From Candidatus Kapaibacterium sp. (GTDB lineage Bacteria > Bacteroidota > Ignavibacteria > Kapaibacteriales > UBA2268), in the NCBI GenBank assembly GCA_963664875.1, contig OY761611.1, positions 1,152,001-1,216,000 of the forward strand: DNA of 64,000 bases, written 5' to 3'. The position numbers and the translations under genes are program-made. Positions 1-9,240 of the stretch are shown here, piece after piece. Position 1 is the stretch's first letter, and every line of letters starts with the position of its first letter. Under the pieces are notes generated by a model. It did no database searches. It was not told the origin of the DNA and saw nothing but the letters and a program-made list of their open reading frames with translations.

Positions 1-2
1 CT

Positions 3-1322
3 GATGCAACTGAAAATATTGCTTTGCAGCCAGCATCGGATCTAATCATGCATAGCTTCTTCAAATCTGAAGGCATTGATGAAGCTGATTATAAAGAGTT
101 GGCAAAGAATACTTACGGCATACCTTATATTTTCAACCTAAAAGTTGAATACAAAAAAGTCGGAGACAGCGAGATAGATAACATTTCTCTGGTTTATCAT
201 CTCGCAGGTCAAAAAATCCTTTCTGATTTCGAAGAACAGCAGGCTGATTGGATAAGATGTACAGCTTTCCTCGACGAGTTTGACGAGAGAGCTCTCGAGT
301 TTTTTCCAATTATAGGCAAAAAATCAAAATTGGCTTTTTCTTTTATGAAAGAGCTAAAAGATATTTATACAATTACTAATGGCAAGCTTCGACTTAGAGC
401 CGAGCTGCAGGATTTAATCAAAAAAGCTACTTTATTTGATTCCCCGGGATCTTCGAAAGGTTATCAGAAAATTGCAGAACAATATTATGAGTTATTGCCT
501 ATACTCGATGAATACAGCAGTAAAGACTTCGAACTTCTTAGTGAACTTGCTTATTTCAATTGGTTTGACAAAGATTTTGTACTCCCTAAAGTATTTCCTG
601 ATAAATTATCTGACATTGACAATCTCTTGGATAAGAGAAAAGAGCTTTTTCTTCATGATAACGGAATGATAAAAGTCAGCGACGATGAAGCTTGCAAAAT
701 CGATACGCTAAACAAAATATTGGACTCGGAGCTTTATTCTAAAAAAGTAGAATATTTAAAGGAAATTCAAACCGAGTATCAAAAAAATCTTCAAGAAAAA
801 CTCACTGAACTTGGAAATGCTAAAAAGAATTGTGCGGAACAGCTTTCTGAAATAAGAAAAGAGTTGGATTTGCAATTAGAAAAGCTACCTGTCTCCTCTA
901 AGAGTAAAACCGGTGCAAGCTACAAGAAAAGCTCCAATTATAGAGTTGAAGACAATTCAAAGTATATCAAATATTTTGCATTAATAGCCTTATGCGTCCT
1001 TCTTGGAATTAAGCCAGAGCTATTACTCGGTATTGTATTTGAAAGTAAATCTACTTTTTCAATAGCTTCTAATATGTTTTTTATTCTTGCAGTGCTGCTC
1101 GCAGCTTATATCGGTATCGATTTTTTCAGCAGTAGTGATAAACTTAAATCCAGACCAAAAAATACTGATATTCCAACGCAACTAAGCCCTGAAGAAACAA
1201 TTTTGGAAGAACTTAAAACCAAAGAAGCTAACCTGAAAAACAGATTACATGCAATAGATAAAGATATTTCACTCATAGGCAACAAGCTCAGCAAATACAT
1301 TATCAGAAATTGCGACAAATAA
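3..1322 (+). CDS. 5'-truncated hypothetical protein; possible STAND-like helical domains, then coiled coil, 2 TM helices and a coiled coil
   Basis: Frame is open from position 3 (DATENIAL...), so the true start lies upstream of the window. 'LAKNTYGIPY' resembles the STAND GxP motif. Hydrophobic stretches 'YFALIALCVLLGI' and 'MFFILAVLLAAYIGIDF'. Confidence 0.6.
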   Translation, partial: DATENIALQPASDLIMHSFFKSEGIDEADYKELAKNTYGIPYIFNLKVEYKKVGDSEIDNISLVYHLAGQKILSDFEEQQADWIRCTAFLDEFDERALEFFPIIGKKSKLAFSFMKELKDIYTITNGKLRLRAELQDLIKKATLFDSPGSSKGYQKIAEQYYELLPILDEYSSKDFELLSELAYFNWFDKDFVLPKVFPDKLSDIDNLLDKRKELFLHDNGMIKVSDDEACKIDTLNKILDSELYSKKVEYLKEIQTEYQKNLQEKLTELGNAKKNCAEQLSEIRKELDLQLEKLPVSSKSKTGASYKKSSNYRVEDNSKYIKYFALIALCVLLGIKPELLLGIVFESKSTFSIASNMFFILAVLLAAYIGIDFFSSSDKLKSRPKNTDIPTQLSPEETILEELKTKEANLKNRLHAIDKDISLIGNKLSKYIIRNCDK

Positions 1323-1325
1323 CCA

Positions 1326-1532
1326 AACAAAAGGCTGTCTCACAAATCAAAATTTGCATCATATTCTCGCTGTTTGTAAGTTTTACCGACAGCTGAAGCA
1401 GTCGGTTGCACTTTTGTAACTCATTGCAACCGCACGCTTTAGCTTGCGGTAGAAGAAAACATAACGTTTGTTTTTCCTCTACTTTTACAAAAAAGTATGA
1501 CAAAACTCTGACTTCTGAGACAGCCTTTTGTT
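1326..1532. mobile_element. MITE/REPIN-like non-autonomous element, copy 1
   Basis: Perfect 17-bp terminal inverted repeats: aacaaaaggctgtctca (1326-1342) and tgagacagccttttgtt (1516-1532). Contains an inverted pair of REP-like hairpins. A second copy lies at 59482-59668. Confidence 0.8.
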
Positions 1533-1553
1533 GTATTGAAATAAAATCGTTTT

Positions 1554-4163
1554 TTATTTTATCTTTATAGCTTTTCCGGAATATACCTTCTCGCCTATCT
1601 TCAATTCAATTATATAAACACCGCTTGTTAAGTTTGCAAGACCGTAATCTGCTGGATTTAAAACAACCTGACCATTAGGAAGACTGTTATATTCTGCATC
1701 AAAAATTAGCTCACCTGTGCTGCTATACATGCTAATGCGAGCTGTTCCTGCATAGTTTTCAGTAGAATTGACGGCAATCGTAAACTCGTCTTCAAATACA
1801 TTTGGATAAATGCCTATTGAGTACGATTCCGAAGTATTTTCATCTTCTACACTAACATCATGAGTCTTTACGAGTTCTGCCAACGGCATTTTGTAACCGT
1901 CTTTATTGGCTCTGTAAACATTAGTAAAGCTTGGAGCAGGAATTTGATCCATTTTTGCAAGCCACTCATCATCCGTATCTCTCTGGAAATTTTCGGTTAC
2001 ATATTCGTAGTAGCTGTTTACAACACCGGTATAAGCAGTAGGTTTTCCGTTGCAGTTATCCGTAACTATTGTGCAATAATTTTGATCTCCTGTAGCAGCA
2101 TGTTTCACCCAACCTACGATATTTTCAAATTCATCGGAAGGTGAAGTATGTACGTCTGTTGTTACTTTGGTTGGTTTAAGATTCTCTCCAACTTCTTTTT
2201 GATTATAAGGGATTACATCTTCTCCTATATGAAATAAATCATATATCCACCCTTGCACCACTATATTGTCATGAATACAAGTTCCGTCATTTTCAAAAAT
2301 CATTTTTTTAATAAACTCTATTTGTTCTGCAGTATATTCTTCACCTGCATATTGCCTTCGGGAAAATTCTTCCAAATTATCAAAAATGACAGTTTTTTTC
2401 TCAAACATTTCTTCAATATCATATCCGAAATACTGTCTACCACCATCAGGATATATAAGCTGGTGAAACTCAATAAGTTTTTCATTCAATTCCACTAAAG
2501 CTTTGAAATAGTCCGGTCTTGGCTCTATAAAAAAATCAGGGAAATCACATATAGGGATACCGCTAAAAGATTGTTTAGCATACAAAACTGTTAAATGACG
2601 AAGCTCAGCCCAAGATGCAAGTTGAGTTGTCATGTTTTTGTGTTGCCATCCGGCTGCCTGCATAAATTTTGGCAAATCATCTCTTTCCTTAGGTGGATTT
2701 AAGGCAAGTAATGCTTTAGTCCATAAATTGTAAATTGAAGAATTCCAATCACGTTCGTTTATATTATCAAACACATATCTGCAGGCTGCAAGATTATCTG
2801 CGTATAAATATTTTTGGATATCATTTCTTGCTATGTGAGCAGCTGCGTCATTGCCCAAGGCAAAAAGAACATCCATAGAGTTTGGAAGCATACGTCTAAT
2901 TGGCTCAAGTGAAGATTCATCTTTGATCATTGGATAAACTACATTTCCTAAAACAAAGCCGTCTAAGATAGGTCTCTGACCCAAAATTGAGAAGTATTGA
3001 GGTGATTGACCATCACTCTCAAAATCCATTCCTTTGACTACTTGTGTGTTATAAGACTGAATACCTTTTTCAGTACTTCTCAAAATCTGACAGTACTCCC
3101 ATAGCAAATCCTGTTCAAGTACCTCTATCATACTGCTCACACCAAGAGAGTCATAAGCAATATCAACTTCATTGATAGTCAGATTTTCCTGATTTGCAAT
3201 TAAGAAAGTAAAGATAGAATCTAATTGATTATACAAATCTCTTAGGTTCATTTCTTCCATTATATCTCTAAATATACCGGACATAATGACTTCGTACTTT
3301 GAGGCTTCCAAACTTTCCTCTTTTTCAGGAATGGTCATAAATACTCTGCTGAGCCACATCATAGACATAAAATACTCTCTCAACTCATCAGTATCATAAT
3401 GCCCTCTAGGCATAAACTGGCTTATGTCCATTGTATCTATTCTTCCGGAAGGAAAGTGTATTTCCTGCAAATAGTTATAATCCACTCCATTCTCATGTGC
3501 ACTCAAAGCGACTGCTATTTTGTCAAAAACAGCATTATATGCTGTAGTATCTGCGCTACCATTATAGTAGGGCATGTTTCTGTTTTTTGGATAACTGCGG
3601 CGCATTTCAGCTGCTACATAAATTACTAAACCCAAATCTCGAAAAGCTTTTATGTAGTCAGCAGGCAATGTCGTATCAGCTAACTTTTTACTTTCATTAG
3701 AATAATAATAGTATAGGCATTGTCTAAGTATAGCAGTAAGTCTTTCTTGAATTGCGAATGTCTCAGTTGTTTTCAAATAGTTGGTCATTGTATAAAACAA
3801 AGCATGATTGAATAAATCAGATGAGATATAAACAGGTAAGTCATTAACATAAATATTGTAATAGCCTTTTATAAAATTTTCTACTTCCTTGCGTTCTGTT
3901 ACCACAAATCCATTTTCGCTGAGTAATTGCAGTTCGTCCGGAGTAAAGTTCATAAACTGATTTGTAGAATCAAAGTAATATGCTTGAGAATAGTCAGTTG
4001 GACAGTATCTATCAAAAGTGCCGACATCAAACTCATCTAAGAGTTCTTCATATCTAATATCTTGGTGGGACTGCATATACTGCTTATATGCATCAAGGTC
4101 TATCTGAGCGTTTAAAAAAGAAGGAATTCCTACTAAAATAGAAAGAAGTAAAATTCTTAGCAT
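1554..4163 (-). CDS. DUF3160 domain protein with T9SS type A C-terminal sorting domain (paralogue 1)
   Basis: DUF3160-type motifs PRGHY, QLASWAELRH, LYAKQS. Signal peptide MLRILLLSIL... with AGGTGA RBS, so start moved to 4163. C-terminal 'IYPN...SGVYIIEL...KAIKIK' CTD. Confidence 0.85.
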   Translation of the reverse strand: MLRILLLSILVGIPSFLNAQIDLDAYKQYMQSHQDIRYEELLDEFDVGTFDRYCPTDYSQAYYFDSTNQFMNFTPDELQLLSENGFVVTERKEVENFIKGYYNIYVNDLPVYISSDLFNHALFYTMTNYLKTTETFAIQERLTAILRQCLYYYYSNESKKLADTTLPADYIKAFRDLGLVIYVAAEMRRSYPKNRNMPYYNGSADTTAYNAVFDKIAVALSAHENGVDYNYLQEIHFPSGRIDTMDISQFMPRGHYDTDELREYFMSMMWLSRVFMTIPEKEESLEASKYEVIMSGIFRDIMEEMNLRDLYNQLDSIFTFLIANQENLTINEVDIAYDSLGVSSMIEVLEQDLLWEYCQILRSTEKGIQSYNTQVVKGMDFESDGQSPQYFSILGQRPILDGFVLGNVVYPMIKDESSLEPIRRMLPNSMDVLFALGNDAAAHIARNDIQKYLYADNLAACRYVFDNINERDWNSSIYNLWTKALLALNPPKERDDLPKFMQAAGWQHKNMTTQLASWAELRHLTVLYAKQSFSGIPICDFPDFFIEPRPDYFKALVELNEKLIEFHQLIYPDGGRQYFGYDIEEMFEKKTVIFDNLEEFSRRQYAGEEYTAEQIEFIKKMIFENDGTCIHDNIVVQGWIYDLFHIGEDVIPYNQKEVGENLKPTKVTTDVHTSPSDEFENIVGWVKHAATGDQNYCTIVTDNCNGKPTAYTGVVNSYYEYVTENFQRDTDDEWLAKMDQIPAPSFTNVYRANKDGYKMPLAELVKTHDVSVEDENTSESYSIGIYPNVFEDEFTIAVNSTENYAGTARISMYSSTGELIFDAEYNSLPNGQVVLNPADYGLANLTSGVYIIELKIGEKVYSGKAIKIK

Positions 4164-4227
4164 AATATCACCTATTTTTATCAATTGTGTTCTTAATGTT
4201 AATAACACATCATTAGGAAAAGGTCTC

Positions 4228-4255
4228 AAAAAAAGCTCCCGAAGGAGCTTTTTTT
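4228..4255 (-). terminator. Intrinsic terminator between the DUF3160 paralogues
   Basis: aaaaaaagctcc-cgaa-ggagcttttttt, giving a cUUCGg loop and U tract on the minus strand. Confidence 0.8.
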
Positions 4256-6813
4256 TATATTATCTTTATAGCTTTACCCGAATATACCTTCTCGCCTATC
4301 TTCAATTCAATTATATATACACCGCTTGTTAAGTTTGTAAGACCGTAATCTGCTGGATTTAAAACAATCTGACCATTAGGAAGATTGTTATATTCTGCAT
4401 CAAAAATTATCTCTCCAGTGCTGCTATACATGCTAATGCGAGCTATTCCTGCATAGTTTTCAGTAGAATTGACGGCAATAGTAAACTCGTCTTCAAATAC
4501 ATTTGGATAAATACCTATTGAGTAAGATTCCGAAGCATTTTCGTCTTCTACGCTAACATCATGAGTCTTTACGAGTTCTGCCAACGGCATTTTATATCCT
4601 TCTTTATTAGCTCTGTAAACATTAGTAAAGCTTGGAGCAGGGATTTGATCTATTTTTGCAAGCCACTCCTCGTCAGTATCTCTCTGGAAATTTTCGGTAA
4701 CATATTCGTAGTAGCTATTTACAACGCCGGTATAAGCCGTAGGCTTTCCATTACAATTATCTGTTACTATTGTACAATAGTTTTGATTGCCTGTAGCTGC
4801 ATGTTTCACCCAACCTACGATCACTTCGTTTTCATCTGATGGTGATGTATGAACGTCTGTTGTAACTTTCGTTGGTTTAAGATTCTCTCCAATCCATTGT
4901 TCGCCTGCTGATTGAGAATCATGATCTTCGTGGAATAATTCATATATCCAACCTGTTATAATATCCATAGTTGCGCAACCATTTACAGTTGATCCAAATA
5001 TCATATTTTTTAAGTACTTTACATCATCATCTGATAGTTTCATAATTGAATATTGTTTTGCAGAAATGGCATCTAAATTTGCATATATTTCTTGCTTTTG
5101 CTCAAACATTTCTTTCTGTTGTCTAAGTTCGTATAGATTTGGATTATCTGCCAATGCAATTCCAAGCATATCAACTATTTTCATGTTTAGCTGCCCCATG
5201 ATACGGAAATATTCCGGTCTTGGCTCTATAAAGAAATCAGGAAAATCACAAATCGGAATGCCTGTATAAGACTGTTTTACATAGAGCACTGTCAGATGTC
5301 TGAGTTCTGCCCAAGAAGCTAACTGAGTGCTCATGTTTTTATGCTGCCAAGCAGCAGCCTGCATAAATTTTGGTAGTTCTTCTCTGTTTTTTGGTGGATT
5401 GAGTGTTCTAAGTGCCTCTATCCAAAGATTATATACAGAAGTCTCCCACGCCTCATCACTCAAGTTATCAAAAAGATATCTACATGATGCTATATTAGGT
5501 CCGTAGTGATATTTATTAATTTCGTTTTTCAAGAGATGAAACGCTGCATCATTACCCAAAGCAAATAAAATATCCATCGACTCAGGCAACATTCTTCTTA
5601 TATTACCTTTAATCATTGGAAACACCACGTTTCCAAACACAAAAGCATCAACTGTTGGACGCTGACCAAACAATGAGAAATATTGAGGTGATTGACCATC
5701 ATCTTCAAAATCTCCATCATATACACATTGTGTGTTATAAAGTTGAACACCTCTGTTTGTGGCTCGAAGTTTTTTACAATACTCCACAATTCTATTGTTT
5801 TCAACTACTTCTGCAATATTGCCAACACCCATTTTCTGATACACAAGAGGAACTTCCTGTATAGTCAGATTATTTTGTTCGGAGATGTAAAACTCTAAAA
5901 AGTCATCAAATTTATCATACTTAGGCTTTAAAGTAGGTTGATTAACTATATCGGCTACGAGTCCTGACATTATAAGAGAACTCTGTTGTTGTTGTATTTG
6001 CTCTTCGTCTTCAGGTACAGGCAAAAAGAGTCTTCCCATCCACATCATCGACATGAAATAGCGTCTCAAAGTTTCGTCCTCAGCATAATGGCCACGAGGT
6101 TTGTACTGACTGATATCTACCATAATAAATTGAAAGCCTGATGGCATATCTATATCATGCATTCCGGTACCACCTTCTGCTGAAGAAAGTATCAAGTTAG
6201 AAATATACTTTGAAAATGTACTATCTTCTGCATTATATGGTGTAGCATAAGTTGCATTGTTATTAGCTAAATTCTGAGCAACACAAAATATTACATCTAT
6301 ATCTCTTATAGCATCCTGATACTTCTGATTCGTTGATTTTGCTTTAAAATTAGGAATAGCAGCCCTAAAATCATTTATTATCTCAATGAACATTTTACTT
6401 AAAACATCTTTCTCTAAGAGTTTCATAGTCTTTGTCATTGTGTAGAAAAGAGCATGATTGAATAAATCAGCTGAGATATAAACAGGTAAGTCATTGACAA
6501 ATATGTTATAATAACCTTTGATGTAGTTTTCAACTTCTTTGCGTTCTGTTACCACAAATCCGTTTTCACTGAGTAATTGCAGTTCGTCGGGTGTAAAGTT
6601 TATAAATTGGTTTGTAGAATCAAAGTAATATGCTTTCGAATAGTCAGTTGGACAGTATCTATCGAAAGTGCCGACATCGAACTCATCTAAGAGCTGCTGA
6701 TAGCTTATTCCCTGATGTTCACTCATGTACTGCTTATATGCATCTAGATCTATCTGAGCAGTCATCATATTGGGAAGAAACAAAAAACTTAAAAGAAGTA
6801 AAAACCGTGACAT
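4255..6813 (-). CDS. DUF3160 domain protein with T9SS CTD (paralogue 2)
   Basis: Same motifs (PRGHY, QLASWAELRHLTVLYVKQSY), signal peptide, and a near-identical CTD. Confidence 0.88.
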   Translation of the reverse strand: MSRFLLLLSFLFLPNMMTAQIDLDAYKQYMSEHQGISYQQLLDEFDVGTFDRYCPTDYSKAYYFDSTNQFINFTPDELQLLSENGFVVTERKEVENYIKGYYNIFVNDLPVYISADLFNHALFYTMTKTMKLLEKDVLSKMFIEIINDFRAAIPNFKAKSTNQKYQDAIRDIDVIFCVAQNLANNNATYATPYNAEDSTFSKYISNLILSSAEGGTGMHDIDMPSGFQFIMVDISQYKPRGHYAEDETLRRYFMSMMWMGRLFLPVPEDEEQIQQQQSSLIMSGLVADIVNQPTLKPKYDKFDDFLEFYISEQNNLTIQEVPLVYQKMGVGNIAEVVENNRIVEYCKKLRATNRGVQLYNTQCVYDGDFEDDGQSPQYFSLFGQRPTVDAFVFGNVVFPMIKGNIRRMLPESMDILFALGNDAAFHLLKNEINKYHYGPNIASCRYLFDNLSDEAWETSVYNLWIEALRTLNPPKNREELPKFMQAAAWQHKNMSTQLASWAELRHLTVLYVKQSYTGIPICDFPDFFIEPRPEYFRIMGQLNMKIVDMLGIALADNPNLYELRQQKEMFEQKQEIYANLDAISAKQYSIMKLSDDDVKYLKNMIFGSTVNGCATMDIITGWIYELFHEDHDSQSAGEQWIGENLKPTKVTTDVHTSPSDENEVIVGWVKHAATGNQNYCTIVTDNCNGKPTAYTGVVNSYYEYVTENFQRDTDEEWLAKIDQIPAPSFTNVYRANKEGYKMPLAELVKTHDVSVEDENASESYSIGIYPNVFEDEFTIAVNSTENYAGIARISMYSSTGEIIFDAEYNNLPNGQIVLNPADYGLTNLTSGVYIIELKIGEKVYSGKAIKII

Positions 6814-6930
6814 TTTATCACCTATAATAATTGATTAACCCACTACATACACATGACACACTTAATACTAAAAGGTTACAAATATTAATTATTTTCTTTG
6901 CAAATTTTGACAATCCGATATAATACAAGT

Positions 6931-6962
6931 AAAAAAGGCGCACTTCACGAAGCACGCCTTTT
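6931..6962 (-). terminator. Intrinsic terminator of the oxidase operon
   Basis: Minus strand ggcgtgcttc-gt-gaagtgcgcc followed by tttttt, about 20 nt after the stop at 6985. Confidence 0.75.
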
Positions 6963-6984
6963 GGTATATTTTTCAATCACTTAT

Positions 6985-8352
6985 CTATTTCTTTTCTTCT
7001 AATTTCGGAGCTAATGTTTCTAACATATATTTCGCAACTGCTTGAGCTTCTTTTGGTTTTAAGCCCTGATTCGCCATCGCCGGATATGAAGGATCTACTT
7101 TAACCGGATTAAGTATAAATTTGGCAAGTTCTGCTTCTTTGCCTATATACTTTGGCAAGACTTCTTTATGCGGAGGTCCAACGATTTTAGTATCAAATGC
7201 ATGGCAAGCAGTACATTTTGCTTTGTAAATTTCTTCACCGCTAACTTCTGCTCCGCCCTGACCTAAGGCAGCCAAAAGCTCCTGCTCATGAGCATCATAT
7301 TTTTCAGCCAGCTCAGCAACATGTTCCTTGTTTGAAATATTGAATGCATACTGATTTTTTACAACAGTAAACATAAACAATGCAAGCACTGCATAGAATG
7401 ATATATTTATATACTTCAACGTATCTTTGCGAAACATATAATAAATTACATGTGCAACAATTGCCATTACAATAAGTGCCGCAATCGTTAAACCAAACAT
7501 AGCAAACGACAGAGCGTGCAAAGGAGTTGATGTTATGTTAAGCATAAAGAAAATAGGCTGTAAGGCAGTAAAAACAAGCGCTAAGCCCATATTATACTTT
7601 CTTGCATAAGATAGATACTCTTTATCCTGAAACTTCGGCTGAGGCTCCCATTCGTATTTTTTTATAAGAAGAGCAACACCTGTGATTGCTGCACTGATTG
7701 TAATAAAATTCAAACAGGCAAGAATTGCTGCAGGCTGAGCCAAAAATCCAAAGAATCCTGTATTTTCCCAAAGCTCCGGCTGAACAGCATGAACAGTCGA
7801 AGTAATGAAAAATCTCAACGAAATGAAGAGTAAAATCGCACCCCAGAATCCTGTTCTTGAGGAAAGATTTTCATTTGATTCTTTAAAAGAAATAAACTCT
7901 TTTGCTTCTCTGTCCTCCTGCGAATCGCCAAGCATTCTCTTCAAATAACCGAAGATATAGCCTAAGTCAGTCGAATGCTGATAGATGTGGATAAGAGTTA
8001 AACTAACTACAAACAGCACAAACGACAATAGCAAATAAGGCACAACCGGAGCACCGGTGCCGCTTAGAAGCTGAGAATAAAGCAAAATAATTGAAATAAA
8101 AGGGACTACACCCATTCCGAATCCAAAGATTTTATTTGTAGTTATCAAATCAATATAATCTTTAGATAAATAATAGTAGTTCTTGTTATTCTTACGCTTA
8201 GCGAGAATGCTAAATGCAACAGACAAAACTGTTGAAATAAGTAAAGTACCCGAATAAATCAGGAATATTACTTGCGCAATTATCAGTATGTAGTGCAAAA
8301 ATGTAAGATTTGCACCCGACTGAAGCAATACTAAATTGTCTAAAAAGTTCAT
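6985..8352 (-). CDS. Polytopic membrane protein (~8 TM) with C-terminal class I cytochrome c
   Basis: Multiple hydrophobic segments, then CTACH...VGPP...PAM cytochrome c domain. Last gene of the oxidase operon. Confidence 0.8.
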   Translation of the reverse strand: MNFLDNLVLLQSGANLTFLHYILIIAQVIFLIYSGTLLISTVLSVAFSILAKRKNNKNYYYLSKDYIDLITTNKIFGFGMGVVPFISIILLYSQLLSGTGAPVVPYLLLSFVLFVVSLTLIHIYQHSTDLGYIFGYLKRMLGDSQEDREAKEFISFKESNENLSSRTGFWGAILLFISLRFFITSTVHAVQPELWENTGFFGFLAQPAAILACLNFITISAAITGVALLIKKYEWEPQPKFQDKEYLSYARKYNMGLALVFTALQPIFFMLNITSTPLHALSFAMFGLTIAALIVMAIVAHVIYYMFRKDTLKYINISFYAVLALFMFTVVKNQYAFNISNKEHVAELAEKYDAHEQELLAALGQGGAEVSGEEIYKAKCTACHAFDTKIVGPPHKEVLPKYIGKEAELAKFILNPVKVDPSYPAMANQGLKPKEAQAVAKYMLETLAPKLEEKK

Positions 8353-8367
8353 AACCTATTTCCCGTA

Positions 8368-9240
8368 TTAAAATGCCATCAATTTACCGACTGACAGTAC
8401 TAATACTACTGCAAGCACATAAATATTAATGTCTCTGAAAGCAAATTTGAAATTGTAATTGTCGTAGTATTTACCAACCAAGCCTTTTGTCCTGTAAACC
8501 AAAGTGCCACCTGCAATCAAAAGTAGAAGTGTTGACCATTCCTTACCGGTTTCCATCGCAGGAATCAAAAGACAACTCGCTGCAAGTGCTGCCACCCATA
8601 CATAACTCATTCTCGTAATTTGCTGTTTAGAAAAGAATTTAGTTAATGTAGGAAAACCAGCTCTCTGATAGTCTTCATCGTAAATCAAAAGCAAAAACCA
8701 GAAATGTGGTATCTGCCAGATAAAGAAGAACAAAGCCAAAGCCAACAGTTGTGGTGCAAATATACTTCCGCCTGCTGCTACCCATCCTATTGCCGGAGGG
8801 ATAGCCCCAATAACAGCTCCGGGAACTACAGCCAAAGGAGATACTTTCTTCATAGGAGTATAAATTAAATTATACCAAACGATTGCCATCACTCCCAGAA
8901 ACATCGCAAGAGTGCCAAATGCTACCTGCAAAAGAAGCAAACCTGCAATTATATTGAACAGTGCAAACCCGATAGCGTGCTTCATAGAAATAGTTGACAT
9001 AGGCAGAGGTCTGCTCATTGTCCGCTGCATCATTGCATCTGTTCTCCATTCCTGTATGTGGTTTATAGCCGAAGAACCTGAAGATAATAGGAATATACCT
9101 AAGGAAGACAGTATTATTCCAATATCCAAACTATCAGCTGCAAGGATATAACCAACTGCACCGGAAATGGCTACAAAGAAAGTTATTCTAAATTTGCTGA
9201 GTTCGAAGTATATGTTCTGATATTTTCTAATATTTATCAT
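8368..9240 (-). CDS. ctaB: Protoheme IX farnesyltransferase (heme O synthase)
   Basis: UbiA-family motifs 'DAMMQRTMSRPLP', 'YNLIYTPMKK', 'FIWQIPHFW', 'DYQRAGFPTL'. Confidence 0.93.
   Translation of the reverse strand: MINIRKYQNIYFELSKFRITFFVAISGAVGYILAADSLDIGIILSSLGIFLLSSGSSAINHIQEWRTDAMMQRTMSRPLPMSTISMKHAIGFALFNIIAGLLLLQVAFGTLAMFLGVMAIVWYNLIYTPMKKVSPLAVVPGAVIGAIPPAIGWVAAGGSIFAPQLLALALFFFIWQIPHFWFLLLIYDEDYQRAGFPTLTKFFSKQQITRMSYVWVAALAASCLLIPAMETGKEWSTLLLLIAGGTLVYRTKGLVGKYYDNYNFKFAFRDINIYVLAVVLVLSVGKLMAF

Noticed and set aside
1303-1503. 66-aa minus-strand ORF
   Set aside because: Lies almost entirely within the repeated MITE-like element and has no recognisable protein features.
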